A DNA stretch of 64,000 nt. Source: Thermodesulfobacteriota bacterium. Its GTDB lineage: Bacteria; Desulfobacterota_D; UBA1144; Nemesobacterales; Mycalebacteriaceae. Shown piece after piece: positions 28,276 to 37,977 of this stretch. Positions within the stretch are counted from its first letter, which is position 1, and each line of letters begins with the position of its first letter. The notes below the pieces were generated by a model. The model did no database searches. It saw only the letters and a list, made by a program, of their open reading frames with translations, and had not been told where the DNA came from. Location: positions 42,910 to 106,909 of the forward strand of contig CBDAQI010000012.1 of NCBI GenBank assembly GCA_965198945.1, given 5' to 3'. The translations under genes were made by a program, and so were the position numbers.

Positions 28276-30212
28276 ATTTGCATGAGCTGGGTTCAGCCGC
28301 GATTTCCTTTTGTTTTTTTCTCTCTATTTATTCCCTTGTCTGCTCTTTCGCGGGAGGCGCACTGCGCAAATCCGCTCCGGTTAAAAGCGCTGAAAACGGC
28401 ATTGTTGCCATTTTTTTTCTTCTGGTTATTGCAACGGCAATTCTGCTTTTTGAGCTGGTTTCTCTCAATTTTGAATTGAAATACGTTGCGATGAACACAA
28501 GCTCCGACCTGCCGCTCATCTACCGTATTACGGCGCTCTGGGCCGGGCAGTCCGGCTCGCTGGTGCTCTGGTGCCTTATCCTTTCGGCTTATTCCTCGGT
28601 ATTTGTTCTGTATGCGCGCGCCGCCGAGGGGTGGTCTTTCAAACCATATGTTACGGGAGTTTTATCAGGCGTTTCGGCGTTTTTTATTTTCCTGATAGCT
28701 TTTATTGAAAACCCGTTTGAAACGCTTCCGTTTACTCCTAATGACGGAAGGGGGCTGAACCCCATACTTCAAAATCCCTATATGGCAATTCATCCTTTGG
28801 CTCTTTATGTCGGCTATGTGGGTGTGACCGTTCCATATGCTCTTGGAATGGGGGCGCTTATGGGGGGGAAAGCGGATTCTTTCTGGGTTAATCAGTCGCG
28901 CAGGTGGGCTCTTTTTTCGTGGGTGTTTCTCAGCCTGGGTTTGCTGCTCGGAGCAAGGTGGGCTTATCTGGAGCTTGGATGGGGAGGCTACTGGGCCTGG
29001 GATCCGGTTGAAAACGCCGCTTTTATGCCCTGGCTTTCCGGCACCGCTTTTCTTCACTCAATTATGGTCCAAAAGCGAAGAAATATGTTTATGAAATGGA
29101 ACATCTGGCTGCTGTCAATCACATTTCTTCTTTCAATTTTTGGAACTTTCATAACCCGCAGCGGCATTGTTTCATCTGTTCATTCCTTTGCCCTTTCAGA
29201 CATAGGCCCGATGTTCGCGGGTTTCCTTGCCTTTATGGCGGTTTTCTCGTCAGCCGTTTTTTTTCTCCAAAAAAAGAGTTTCGGTCGGGAAAGCGGATTT
29301 GATTCCGCGCTTTCAAGGGAGAGCGCTTTTGTTTTCAATAACGTCCTTTTTCTGGCTGCCGCTTTTGTGGTTTTCCTCGGAACCATTTTCCCCATTCTTT
29401 CGGAAGCCATAACGGGAGACCGTGTGCTTGTGGGCCCCCCTTATTTCAACCGTCTTAACGTTCCCATCGGTCTTGTTCTGATAGCGCTTATGGGGGTGGG
29501 GCCTCTTCTGCCATGGCGTAAAGCCCCTTCGGCCGTTTTTTTGCGGGCATTCTCAGTTCCGATAGCCTGCGCTTTGCTGACGGTTGCGGTCCTTGTTGCC
29601 TACGGAATCAGAGAGGTGTCTGCGGTCGCCGCCTTTGCGCTGTGCGTTTTCTCATCCGTATCGGCTTTTTATGAGATTTACAAAGGGTTGAGAGTTTCAG
29701 GAATCAGGCGTTTTTTGTCTTCGGGTTCAAAAAGATACGGCGGCTATGTTGTTCACATAGGAGTTGCACTGATAGTCGCGGGTATTACGGCATCATCCGT
29801 TTTTCCGGAAAAAAGCGAGGCTTCCCTTGTTCCGGGAGAAACATTTTCCGTCGGCGGTTACAAATTGAAATATGAGTCAATTGAGCGTCGTGTTACTCCG
29901 GCAAAAGAGGTTGTCTCCGCACGAATTGCGGTTTCAAGAGACGGGGAGACGCCGCGCATTCTCTTGGCTGAAAAAAACCTTTATATGTATATGGGAAACA
30001 GAGAAATCAACCGGGAAACCGAGGTTGGTCTGCTGTCGTCCTGGAGAGATGATCTCTATGTTGTGCTTCTGGAGGCCGGTGAAGACGGTTCTGCCGTGAT
30101 GACTGCGGTGCTCAATCCCATGGTCTCGTGGATATGGGCGGGCGGTTTTGTGGTTCTTTTCGGCGCTTTAATGGCTTTTTCCGGAATGCGCGGCGGGGAG
30201 AAATCCGGATGA
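28272..30212 (+). CDS. ccmF: Cytochrome c-type biogenesis protein CcmF
   Basis: 646 aa polytopic protein with the WGGYWAWDPVEN WWD-domain motif. ATGA overlap with ccmE. Confidence 0.92.
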   Translation: MNLHELGSAAISFCFFLSIYSLVCSFAGGALRKSAPVKSAENGIVAIFFLLVIATAILLFELVSLNFELKYVAMNTSSDLPLIYRITALWAGQSGSLVLWCLILSAYSSVFVLYARAAEGWSFKPYVTGVLSGVSAFFIFLIAFIENPFETLPFTPNDGRGLNPILQNPYMAIHPLALYVGYVGVTVPYALGMGALMGGKADSFWVNQSRRWALFSWVFLSLGLLLGARWAYLELGWGGYWAWDPVENAAFMPWLSGTAFLHSIMVQKRRNMFMKWNIWLLSITFLLSIFGTFITRSGIVSSVHSFALSDIGPMFAGFLAFMAVFSSAVFFLQKKSFGRESGFDSALSRESAFVFNNVLFLAAAFVVFLGTIFPILSEAITGDRVLVGPPYFNRLNVPIGLVLIALMGVGPLLPWRKAPSAVFLRAFSVPIACALLTVAVLVAYGIREVSAVAAFALCVFSSVSAFYEIYKGLRVSGIRRFLSSGSKRYGGYVVHIGVALIVAGITASSVFPEKSEASLVPGETFSVGGYKLKYESIERRVTPAKEVVSARIAVSRDGETPRILLAEKNLYMYMGNREINRETEVGLLSSWRDDLYVVLLEAGEDGSAVMTAVLNPMVSWIWAGGFVVLFGALMAFSGMRGGEKSG

Positions 30213-30301
30213 GTCTTGAAGATTTAATCATAGTTGTCGTTTCGCTTGCCGTTTCGCTTTTTGTGGTGCTTCCCTTTTTTATGCAAAACCGCGAGAAATA
30301 A
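30209..30301 (+). CDS. Small hydrophobic ORF (30 aa), translationally coupled to ccmF. Not in the ORF track.
   Basis: The ATG overlaps the ccmF TGA (ggATGA). The peptide is MSLEDLIIVVVSLAVSLFVVLPFFMQNREK, a single TM. It ends 9 nt before the cytochrome c gene. Confidence 0.35.
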   Translation: MSLEDLIIVVVSLAVSLFVVLPFFMQNREK

Positions 30302-30310
30302 GAATAAAAA

Positions 30311-31558
30311 ATGATTTTCCGTATTTTTGCCGCGTTTTTTATCCTGCTGGTTTCTAATTATTACGGTGCGCCCGTCTACGCTCTGGAAGGAGGGGAACTG
30401 TTTGTAAGTAAGAGGTGTGTCCGTTGCCACACAATCGGTCGGGGAAGGTTTGTCGGTCCCGATCTTAAAGCTGTTTTTGACAAATACCCAAGAGAGAAAA
30501 TTGTTCTCTGGATAACGAATCCTTCCGCGGTTTATGCTGCGGAAGGTATGCCGGTCAACGAGGGCTATCCTCCGATGCCCCGGACGGATGTGAGCCCGGA
30601 GGATGCGGAAAAAATTGCGGACTATCTGTTTTCTCTAAATGACATTGCGCCCGTCCCTCCGGATGGTGTTTTTGTCGGCAGGGTTATCAATGAAACAACC
30701 GGCTCTCCCGCGGCGGGGATGGAAGTTTCGCTGGGCTCATTTATGGGTGACCGCCCGATTTCAATCCTTGCTGAAAATACCGGGGAGGATGGCGGTTTCA
30801 TTTTTGAAGGGCTTTCCTGGGGGGCTTCTCATAAAATCTCAATTCAAAAAGACGGCGTCTTGTATGAGACGGACAAGATGGTTTTTCAACCGGGGCAGAA
30901 AGAGATAAGGGTCAGTTTGCCGGTATACGAAACCACAAAAGACGACCGCTCCATATCCCTTGAGTTTAACCACCTGATAGTTGAGCCTTTTGAAGATGCG
31001 GTCAGGGTCGCGGAACTTGCCGGGTTCGTCAACAGCGGGAAAGTCGTGGTTGTTTCAGATGAGAACAATAAGGATCCCTCCACTCTGCGTTTGGGTGTTC
31101 CCGCGGCCGCAACAAATCTGAATTTCATCCACCGGGGCGGGGATTCCGGAGACGTTTCCGAACAAACCCCCGCTTTCACACTTCCCATGCTTCCGGGATC
31201 CAAAACGGTTTTGTTCTCATATGAGATTCCATTTTCAGGCGGAATATTCGGTTCTGAAAAAGCCGTTTTCACGAAAACTCTTCAATACGACACCGCTTCT
31301 TTTGTTGTTCTTTCACCCGCTCTTGAAGGTGTTCGGGTTGAGGGGCTTGGGGACGGCGGCCGCGTAAGCGGAAAGGACGGAAAGGTTTTTATAAATTGGG
31401 AAGGCGGCTGGCTCAAAAAGGGCGACAAAGTGAAAATTTCCGTGTCTTTAGACGGCGGAAAGAGACCGGTGTGGTTTTTTCCTTTCCTTATTTTTACATT
31501 TGTTCTGACTGCTGCGGTTTTGTTTCGCGTTCTGAGGGGAAATCGGTCTTCCGTTTAG
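30311..31558 (+). CDS. Membrane-anchored c-type cytochrome with a large beta-rich (carboxypeptidase-regulatory-like) domain
   Basis: Signal peptide, then a single CxxCH (KRCVRCHTIG) with a mono-heme class I-like domain. This is followed by about 250 aa rich in G/V/S and a C-terminal TM (WFFPFLIFTFVLTAAVLF). Confidence 0.75.
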   Translation: MIFRIFAAFFILLVSNYYGAPVYALEGGELFVSKRCVRCHTIGRGRFVGPDLKAVFDKYPREKIVLWITNPSAVYAAEGMPVNEGYPPMPRTDVSPEDAEKIADYLFSLNDIAPVPPDGVFVGRVINETTGSPAAGMEVSLGSFMGDRPISILAENTGEDGGFIFEGLSWGASHKISIQKDGVLYETDKMVFQPGQKEIRVSLPVYETTKDDRSISLEFNHLIVEPFEDAVRVAELAGFVNSGKVVVVSDENNKDPSTLRLGVPAAATNLNFIHRGGDSGDVSEQTPAFTLPMLPGSKTVLFSYEIPFSGGIFGSEKAVFTKTLQYDTASFVVLSPALEGVRVEGLGDGGRVSGKDGKVFINWEGGWLKKGDKVKISVSLDGGKRPVWFFPFLIFTFVLTAAVLFRVLRGNRSSV

Positions 31559-33111
31559 ATGTTTTTACTGAAAAATTCGCTCATGGCATCAGCCAAGCCC
31601 TCGCCGATATGTTTTTTTGCAATAACCGACGGTTTGAATCCCGCTTCTTCAATGGTTTTTGCGGTGATGGGACCTATGCAGCCGATTGCGGTTTTGCTCA
31701 AAATCTCATTGGCATTTTTGAAAATGGAGGAAAAATTCGCAGCTGAAGACGAACTCGTGAAAACAACCATATCCACCGCCCCGTCAAGCATTTCACGCCC
31801 GACCGCCCTGATTACGGCGGGGTCGTGTTTCGGGATCCGTGTCCGGTAACAAGTCGCCGTTTCAACCTTGGCGCCCATTTTCAAAAGACCTTCAGGCAAT
31901 ACTTCTCTGGCTTTTTCCGCTCTCGGAATAAAAAATGTTTTTCCGCGCACTTTGTGTTTTTTCAGTTCCGCAAGTATCCCTTCGGCGGTAAAATTTTTCG
32001 GAACAATGTCCGCCGTAACTCCGTATTGGTTCAGGGTATCCGCGGTTTTGCTTCCTATTGAAACGGTTTTTACGCCCGAAAGAGTCCTTGAATCAAAAAC
32101 TTTCCTGCGCAGTCTCGCAAAAAATCTCTCAATTCCGTTAACACTTGTGAAAATAAGAAAATCACAGACGGAAAGATTTTTTATCAAACTGTCCGTCTCT
32201 TTCCAGGAAGCGGGCGGAATAATCTCAATGCACGGAAAAGATATTACCTCCGCTCCGCGCTGCTGCAGCAGTTTGACAAAATCCGCCGACTGTCCCGCCG
32301 GTCTTGTAACGACTATTTTTTTCCCGAAAAGCGGTTTTTTTTCAAACCAGTTCAGTTTTTCTCTCATTCCTATTGCGCCGCCCACCATAAAAACCGCCGG
32401 GGCCAGGTTTTTCCGTTCTCCGCGGATTTTTTCACATATGTTTTCAAGTGTGCCGACAACGGTTTTCTGTTTTCCCGTTGTTCCGCGCGAGGTTACCATC
32501 ACGGATGTGTCCGGAGGTTTGTTCGCCTTTGTCAGCAGCTTGATTATCTCCTCAATGTTGTTCAAAGACATCAGAAACACAACCGTTTCCATTGCCGCAA
32601 GAGACTCCCAGTTCAGCCCCGATTCTTTCCCGGGTTTTTCATGCCCGGTTACGACCGCAAAAGATGAATTAAAATCCCTGTGAGTGAGGGGCACGCCCGA
32701 ATACGCGGGAACCGAGTAAACTGAACTCACACCCGGAACTATCTCAACCGTGATTCCGGCTGATACCAGCGCTTCGGTCTCTTCTCCCCCCCTTCCAAAC
32801 ACAAACGGATCTCCTCCCTTGAGGCGAACAACTGTTTGGCCTCGCTTTGCGCGGTCAATCAGAAGGCGGTTTATCTCTTTCTGTTCAAATGTCTTGAACC
32901 CCTTTTTTTTCCCGGCGAAAATCATCTCCGCTCCGGCGGGAGCAAATTCCAGAAGTGAATCGTTCGCCAGAGCATCGTAGACAATCACATCCGCCACGGC
33001 GAGTATTTCCATTCCCTTTACAGTAATCAGTCCCGGATCGCCCGGCCCCGCGCCCACAAGATAGACCGCCGCCCGTCCGTAGTCTGATTTTTCCCTTTTT
33101 TTCATAAACAC
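31555..33111 (-). CDS. cobA: Bifunctional uroporphyrinogen-III C-methyltransferase / uroporphyrinogen-III synthase
   Basis: N-terminal VYLVGAGPGDPGLITVKG SUMT motif and a C-terminal HemD-like half. The protein is 518 aa. Confidence 0.88.
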   Translation of the reverse strand: MFMKKREKSDYGRAAVYLVGAGPGDPGLITVKGMEILAVADVIVYDALANDSLLEFAPAGAEMIFAGKKKGFKTFEQKEINRLLIDRAKRGQTVVRLKGGDPFVFGRGGEETEALVSAGITVEIVPGVSSVYSVPAYSGVPLTHRDFNSSFAVVTGHEKPGKESGLNWESLAAMETVVFLMSLNNIEEIIKLLTKANKPPDTSVMVTSRGTTGKQKTVVGTLENICEKIRGERKNLAPAVFMVGGAIGMREKLNWFEKKPLFGKKIVVTRPAGQSADFVKLLQQRGAEVISFPCIEIIPPASWKETDSLIKNLSVCDFLIFTSVNGIERFFARLRRKVFDSRTLSGVKTVSIGSKTADTLNQYGVTADIVPKNFTAEGILAELKKHKVRGKTFFIPRAEKAREVLPEGLLKMGAKVETATCYRTRIPKHDPAVIRAVGREMLDGAVDMVVFTSSSSAANFSSIFKNANEILSKTAIGCIGPITAKTIEEAGFKPSVIAKKHIGEGLADAMSEFFSKNI

Positions 33112-33216
33112 ATTAGCAATAACAACGGGCTCGGTCTTGTCAAGGCCGGCGCGCTTGACAAACTCACATTTTTTTTTAGTTTTATATTCAGCGGTGAGAC
33201 CCGCGGGGAGGCTTTT

Positions 33217-33831
33217 ATGATATCCGGACGGTCCTTTCTTTATTGTTTGGCGGCGGCTTTTTTCGTCGTTTTGCTTAATCCTTCCGTTTCACGGGCGGAC
33301 AGCGATTGCCCTTCTTCAGACCACGAGGAAGATAAAGAATTTTCGGAAAGATGGTTTTCACACAGCAAAAGTCATCATGATCATGACGACCATCATGAAT
33401 ACCCCAAAAACTACAAAAGCAAAAGTCATGATGATGACCGTCATGGATACCGCAAAGATTACAAGTACAAGAAAAGTTCCCGGCACAAGTGGAAGCGGCG
33501 GGCCGGGCCTTTCTGGTGGAGAACCTCTTTCATGGCGGAGCGTTTGAGTCTAAGTGAACAGCAGATTTCAAAACTGGATGGAATCGCCGTTTCGTATACG
33601 CCGCGTATTTCAGAGGCTTATCATGAAATGTATGAAGCGAAGCTGGAGTTTAACAGAGCGGTTGCAGACCCGGAATCTTCGTCCAAAAAAATCAAGGCGG
33701 CGGCTGATAAAAAATACAAGGCATGGGTGGATAAAAAAATGATTAAGCTGGACATGCTTCTTGAAATGCGAAAAGTCCTGACGCCTGAACAGATTAGAGA
33801 TTTGACGCTTTTGAAAATGAAAAACAAGTGA
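33217..33831 (+). CDS. Periplasmic CpxP/Spy/ZraP-family protein with a His-rich N-terminal region
   Basis: Signal peptide, a His/Asp-rich tract ([14 protein letters not shown]...HDDDRHGY) and two LTxxQ-type motifs ([16 protein letters not shown]). Confidence 0.7.
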   Translation: MISGRSFLYCLAAAFFVVLLNPSVSRADSDCPSSDHEEDKEFSERWFSHSKSHHDHDDHHEYPKNYKSKSHDDDRHGYRKDYKYKKSSRHKWKRRAGPFWWRTSFMAERLSLSEQQISKLDGIAVSYTPRISEAYHEMYEAKLEFNRAVADPESSSKKIKAAADKKYKAWVDKKMIKLDMLLEMRKVLTPEQIRDLTLLKMKNK

Positions 33832-35706
33832 AAATTCATGCGGATTCGGGGACGGGCGAGCGGAGTTTTAATCTCCACAGTGAATTTGAACCGGCGGGAG
33901 GGCAGCCCGGAGCCATAGAACAGATTATATCGCGGCTTCGTGACGGCATTCCCGACCAGGTTCTTCTCGGTGTGACCGGCAGCGGAAAGACCTTTACCGT
34001 TGCTCACGCGATTGCACGCACGGGGCGGCCGGCGCTTGTTCTTGCGCACAACAAAATCCTCGCCGCACAGCTCTACGGAGAGTTCAAAAACCTGTTTCCG
34101 GACAACGCCGTTCACTATTTCATAAGTTACTACGATTACTATCAGCCTGAAGCGTATATACCTCAGAGCAACACTTACATAGAGAAAGATGTTGCAATCA
34201 ACGACCATATAGACAAGATGCGCCATGCGGCCACCACGGCGCTTTTTGAACGCCGCGACATAATAGTTGTGGCCAGTGTGTCAGCCATATACGGCATCGG
34301 AGCCCCGCAGGACTATTACGGAATGATGAACTTCATTCAACCGGGCGCAAAAACGGACAGAGATGTTTTTCTGTCAAGACTTGCGGGTATTCAATATGAA
34401 AGGAGCGGTGAAGTTCTGCAAAGGGGAACCTTCAGGGTTCGCGGCGATGTTGTTGATGTTATGCACTCCCACGGCGAAAATGAGGCTGTGAGAATTGAGT
34501 TTTTCGGTGAAACGGTTGAGAGCGTGAGTGCGATTGACGGCAATACCGGAGCTTTTCTACGCCATATGGAAAAGGCCTCTTTTTATCCCGCCTCCCACTA
34601 TGTTGCTCCGAGAGAAAAGCTGCTCGCCGCCATAGATTCAATCAAGAAAGAGCTTGAGGAGAGAATCGCGTATTTTTCCTCCCGTGCAATGGAGGAGGAA
34701 AAAAACAGAATACGGGAACGAACCCGGAGAGATATTGAGTTTCTTGAAACCATGGGATTTTGTCCCGGAATAGAAAACTATTCCCGGCACCTTTCCGGGA
34801 GAGCCGAGGAGGAGCCTCCGTTCACTCTTCTTGACTATTTTCCCGATGATTTTATTTGTGTGATAGATGAGAGCCACCAGACCGTTCCGCAGATTCGCGG
34901 CATGCACGCCGGAGACAGGAGCCGCAAACAGACACTTGTTGAACACGGTTTCAGGCTTCCGTCCGCAATAGACAACAGGCCTCTCAACTTTGATGAGTTT
35001 GCCGAAAGGGTCGGCCAGGTTATTTACGTTTCCGCCACTCCGGCGCAGTATGAAATCAGAAAATCCGCCGGTTCGGTTGCCGAACAGATAATCCGTCCGA
35101 CCGGTCTTGCCGACCCGGAGGTTGAAGTTCGTCCCGCCCGCGGCCAGGTTGAAGACCTTCTCGGAGAGGTCCGCACTGCGGCCCGTGCGGGCGAGCGGGT
35201 TCTTGTTTCCACACTCACGAAAAAAATGGCGGAGGATCTGACAGATTATTACAGGGAGGCGGGCGTGAGGGTGCGTTATATGCATTCTGAAATAGAGACT
35301 CTTGAGAGGGTTCGCATAATACGGGATTTGAGAAGCGGTGAATTTGATGTTCTTGTCGGCATTAACCTTCTGCGCGAGGGGCTTGATATCCCGGAAGTGG
35401 CTTTGTTTGCGGTGCTTGACGCGGACAGGGAAGGTTATTTGCGCAGTGAGACTTCTTTGATTCAGATGTTCGGCAGAGCGGCCAGAAAACAGCGCGGGCA
35501 GAGTAATAATGTATGGCGATGAAACAACCGGCTCAATGAGAGCCGCCATGCGCGAGACTGCGCGGCGAAGACAAATGCAGCTTGAATATAATGAGAAAAA
35601 CGGCATAGTTCCCTCCGATATCAGAAAAAATATCAACGGGGCCATGGGGCTTGTTTGCGATGCAGACTATGTTGATTTTTCCGAAGATGAGGCAGTCCCC
35701 GTCTGA
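33828..35706 (+). CDS. uvrB: Excinuclease ABC subunit B. It is interrupted by a 1-nt frameshift near 35500-35510.
   Basis: Aligns along its length with E. coli UvrB ([33 protein letters not shown]). ORF 33828..35522 and ORF 35509..35706 (...[32 protein letters not shown]) are consecutive UvrB segments in different frames. Confidence 0.9.
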
Positions 35707-36008
35707 CATTGCCCCGGAAAAGATACCGGGGGGTCATAAAGTCTCTCACGGCTGAGATGAAAAAAAAGCGCGGATGGTCTGGAATTTGAGAAGGCGGCCG
35801 GGTTTGAAAAAAAGAATAAGAAAACTTAAAGAAATGGAAGCGGAGTATATTGCGGGAATGAACGGCCGCGGAGCCTGATTTTTCTTTTTTTACAATCAGG
35901 GTTTTAATTCTTTTCCGGTTTGACGGATGACTTGCAGGTGGTTTCCGTCAACTTGCTTAAAAACTGCGGTTTGATTAAAATAACCGGCGGACAGCCACTG
36001 GTTTTGCA

Positions 36009-36032
36009 GAAGCGGGCCCGCGAGCCCGCTTC
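36009..36032 (+). promoter_or_regulatory. Perfect 9-bp-stem hairpin (GAAGCGGGC-ccgcga-GCCCGCTTC) in the rimP 5' leader
   Basis: Seen directly in sequence, 15 nt upstream of the GGAGG SD of rimP and within a 348-bp intergenic region. Confidence 0.4.
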
Positions 36033-36054
36033 TGTGTAGTCGGGCGGAGGTTTT

Positions 36055-36513
36055 ATGAACGGCACAACGGTGAAAAGACTGTCTGATATAGTTGAAAAAG
36101 TTATCTGTGGAACTCCGTTTGAGCTTGTGGATTTACGCTTTGCGGGGGGCGGAAAGGTTGCGGTTTTTGTTGACAGACCGGGCGGTGTGAGCATAGGAGA
36201 GTGCTCGGAATTGAGCAGGGAAATAGGAGTTTTGATTGATATTGAAGAGGTCATGAGCGGCCGTTACACGCTTGAAGTGTCATCCCCGGGGCCGGAAAGA
36301 CCCCTGAAAAAACCGGGTGACTATAAAAGGTTCTGCGGAAGAAGAGCCAAGATAAGAACAAAGGAGATTCTGAATGGTCGCAAGGTGTTTATAGGACGCA
36401 TAGACGGAATAGAAAACGGTTTTGTGAGGATGTCCGCCGAAGAAACGGCTGACGAAGTTTTTTCCATCCCGTTTGAAGATATAGAGAAGGGAAATTTGAA
36501 ACTGGAGTTATGA
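36055..36513 (+). CDS. rimP: Ribosome maturation factor RimP
   Basis: 152 aa. ...YTLEVSSPGPERPLKKPGDYKRF matches the RimP signature. It is the first gene of the nusA-infB operon. Confidence 0.9.
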   Translation: MNGTTVKRLSDIVEKVICGTPFELVDLRFAGGGKVAVFVDRPGGVSIGECSELSREIGVLIDIEEVMSGRYTLEVSSPGPERPLKKPGDYKRFCGRRAKIRTKEILNGRKVFIGRIDGIENGFVRMSAEETADEVFSIPFEDIEKGNLKLEL

Positions 36514-36517
36514 CAAA

Positions 36518-37954
36518 ATGTCCACGGAGTTGAACAGAGTTATAGAAACTGTGGTGAAAGAGAAAAGTCTCAAGAAGCAGGAAGTGATCAAAGCCGTTGA
36601 AGACGCGGTCATAAGCGCGGTTGAGAGCGTTGCCAAAAGAGACTACGAAACCGGCGAGTTTGAGGTTCAATACAACGAACAGGAAGGCATTATTGAATTG
36701 TTCCAATATAAAGATGTGGTTGAGGAGGTCTCAGACCCCACAAGACAGATAGACATAAAAAAAGCCGTGCAACTTGACCATGAAGCTGAAATCGGAGAGG
36801 AAATAGGGGTTCGCGTCTGGACTTCGGAGTCTTTTCCCGGAAAAGAGTCTTCAAACGGAGAACCCGGTGACGAGATGTTTTCCCATAAGGGATTTACGCG
36901 TGTTGCTATCCATAACGCCAAACAGAAAATAATGCAGAAGGTTAAAGAGGCGGAGGGCAGGTTTATCTACGAGGAGTTCATAAACTACAAAGGCAGGCTT
37001 GTGAACGGGATTGTAAGAAGAATAGAGAGGAGAAGCGTTGTGGTTGATCTTGGCAGAACCGAGGCGATTCTTCCCTACTCACACAAAGCCCCCAAAGAGT
37101 TTTATGAACCCAAAGACCGTATCAAGGCTCTTTTGCTTGAAATTGACAATGAAAAAAGAATCCCGCGCCTAATACTGTCAAGGGTTGCTCCGGATTTTGT
37201 AAAAAGGCTTTTTGAAAGCGAGATTCCCGAAATAGCGGACGGGATAATTGAGATAAAGGCAATCGCCAGAGACCCGGGTTCAAGGATGAAAATAGCCGTT
37301 TATTCTCATGACCCCGATGTTGACCCGGTCGGCGCTTGTGTCGGAATACGAGGCGCCAGAGTGCAGAACCTGATTCAGGAACTCCAGGGAGAAAAAATAG
37401 ACATAGTTCCGTGGTCTGCCAACCTGGGACGTTTTGTTTCAGATTCCCTGTCTCCCGCGGTTGTAAATAAAGTGATAATTGATGAAAGCGCAAAACAGAT
37501 GGAGGTTGTTGTTGATGAAGACCAGCCCACTCTGGCGATAGGGCGCGGCGGGCAGAATGTGCGTCTTGCCTCCAATTTGACTGAGTGGAAGATAGATATC
37601 AAGACCGAAGAACAGGTGAAAAAAGAGAAAGAGCAGTCTCTTGCGATTCTTACAAGTCTTCCTTCAGTCGGCAATGTAGCGGCGAACCTTCTTTTCAACG
37701 AAGGTTTCAGAGGACTGGAGGATGTTGTTTTCGCCGACCCGGCAAACATAAAGTCCGTTTTGAAAGAGTTGAGTGATGAAGAAATTGAATCAATGATTTC
37801 ATTTGCGAGGGTTGCCCTCAAAGAAAGCGTGAAGGAGCAGACGGGACAGGAAGCCGCGGAGCCGGTTTCAAATTCCGAAGAGACAAAATCCGCTGAAGCG
37901 GACTCGTTAAAGATGGAGGATGACGCACGGTCCGGCACATCCGAGCGGAACTGA
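36518..37954 (+). CDS. nusA: Transcription termination/antitermination factor NusA
   Basis: 478 aa with S1/KH domains (GIVRRIERRSVVVDLG, GACVGIRGARVQNLIQEL). Confidence 0.95.
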   Translation: MSTELNRVIETVVKEKSLKKQEVIKAVEDAVISAVESVAKRDYETGEFEVQYNEQEGIIELFQYKDVVEEVSDPTRQIDIKKAVQLDHEAEIGEEIGVRVWTSESFPGKESSNGEPGDEMFSHKGFTRVAIHNAKQKIMQKVKEAEGRFIYEEFINYKGRLVNGIVRRIERRSVVVDLGRTEAILPYSHKAPKEFYEPKDRIKALLLEIDNEKRIPRLILSRVAPDFVKRLFESEIPEIADGIIEIKAIARDPGSRMKIAVYSHDPDVDPVGACVGIRGARVQNLIQELQGEKIDIVPWSANLGRFVSDSLSPAVVNKVIIDESAKQMEVVVDEDQPTLAIGRGGQNVRLASNLTEWKIDIKTEEQVKKEKEQSLAILTSLPSVGNVAANLLFNEGFRGLEDVVFADPANIKSVLKELSDEEIESMISFARVALKESVKEQTGQEAAEPVSNSEETKSAEADSLKMEDDARSGTSERN

Positions 37955-37977
37955 GACGCGGGCGCTTTTGGCGGTAT

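Noticed and set aside
30224-30430. 68-aa ORF on the - strand between ccmF and the cytochrome c gene
   Set aside because: It overlaps the better-supported + strand micro-ORF (translationally coupled to ccmF) and the start of the cytochrome c gene. It is basic and low-complexity.
31868-32683. 271-aa ORF on the + strand
   Set aside because: Antisense inside the well-supported cobA/hemD gene.
34638-35645. 335-aa ORF on the - strand
   Set aside because: Antisense to uvrB, which aligns to E. coli UvrB along its whole length.
35707-36054. Possible tRNA (metY-like) upstream of rimP, as in E. coli
   Set aside because: I scanned the 348 bp for T-loop (GGTTCGAATCC-like) and acceptor-stem symmetry and found none. 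Only two hairpins are present.
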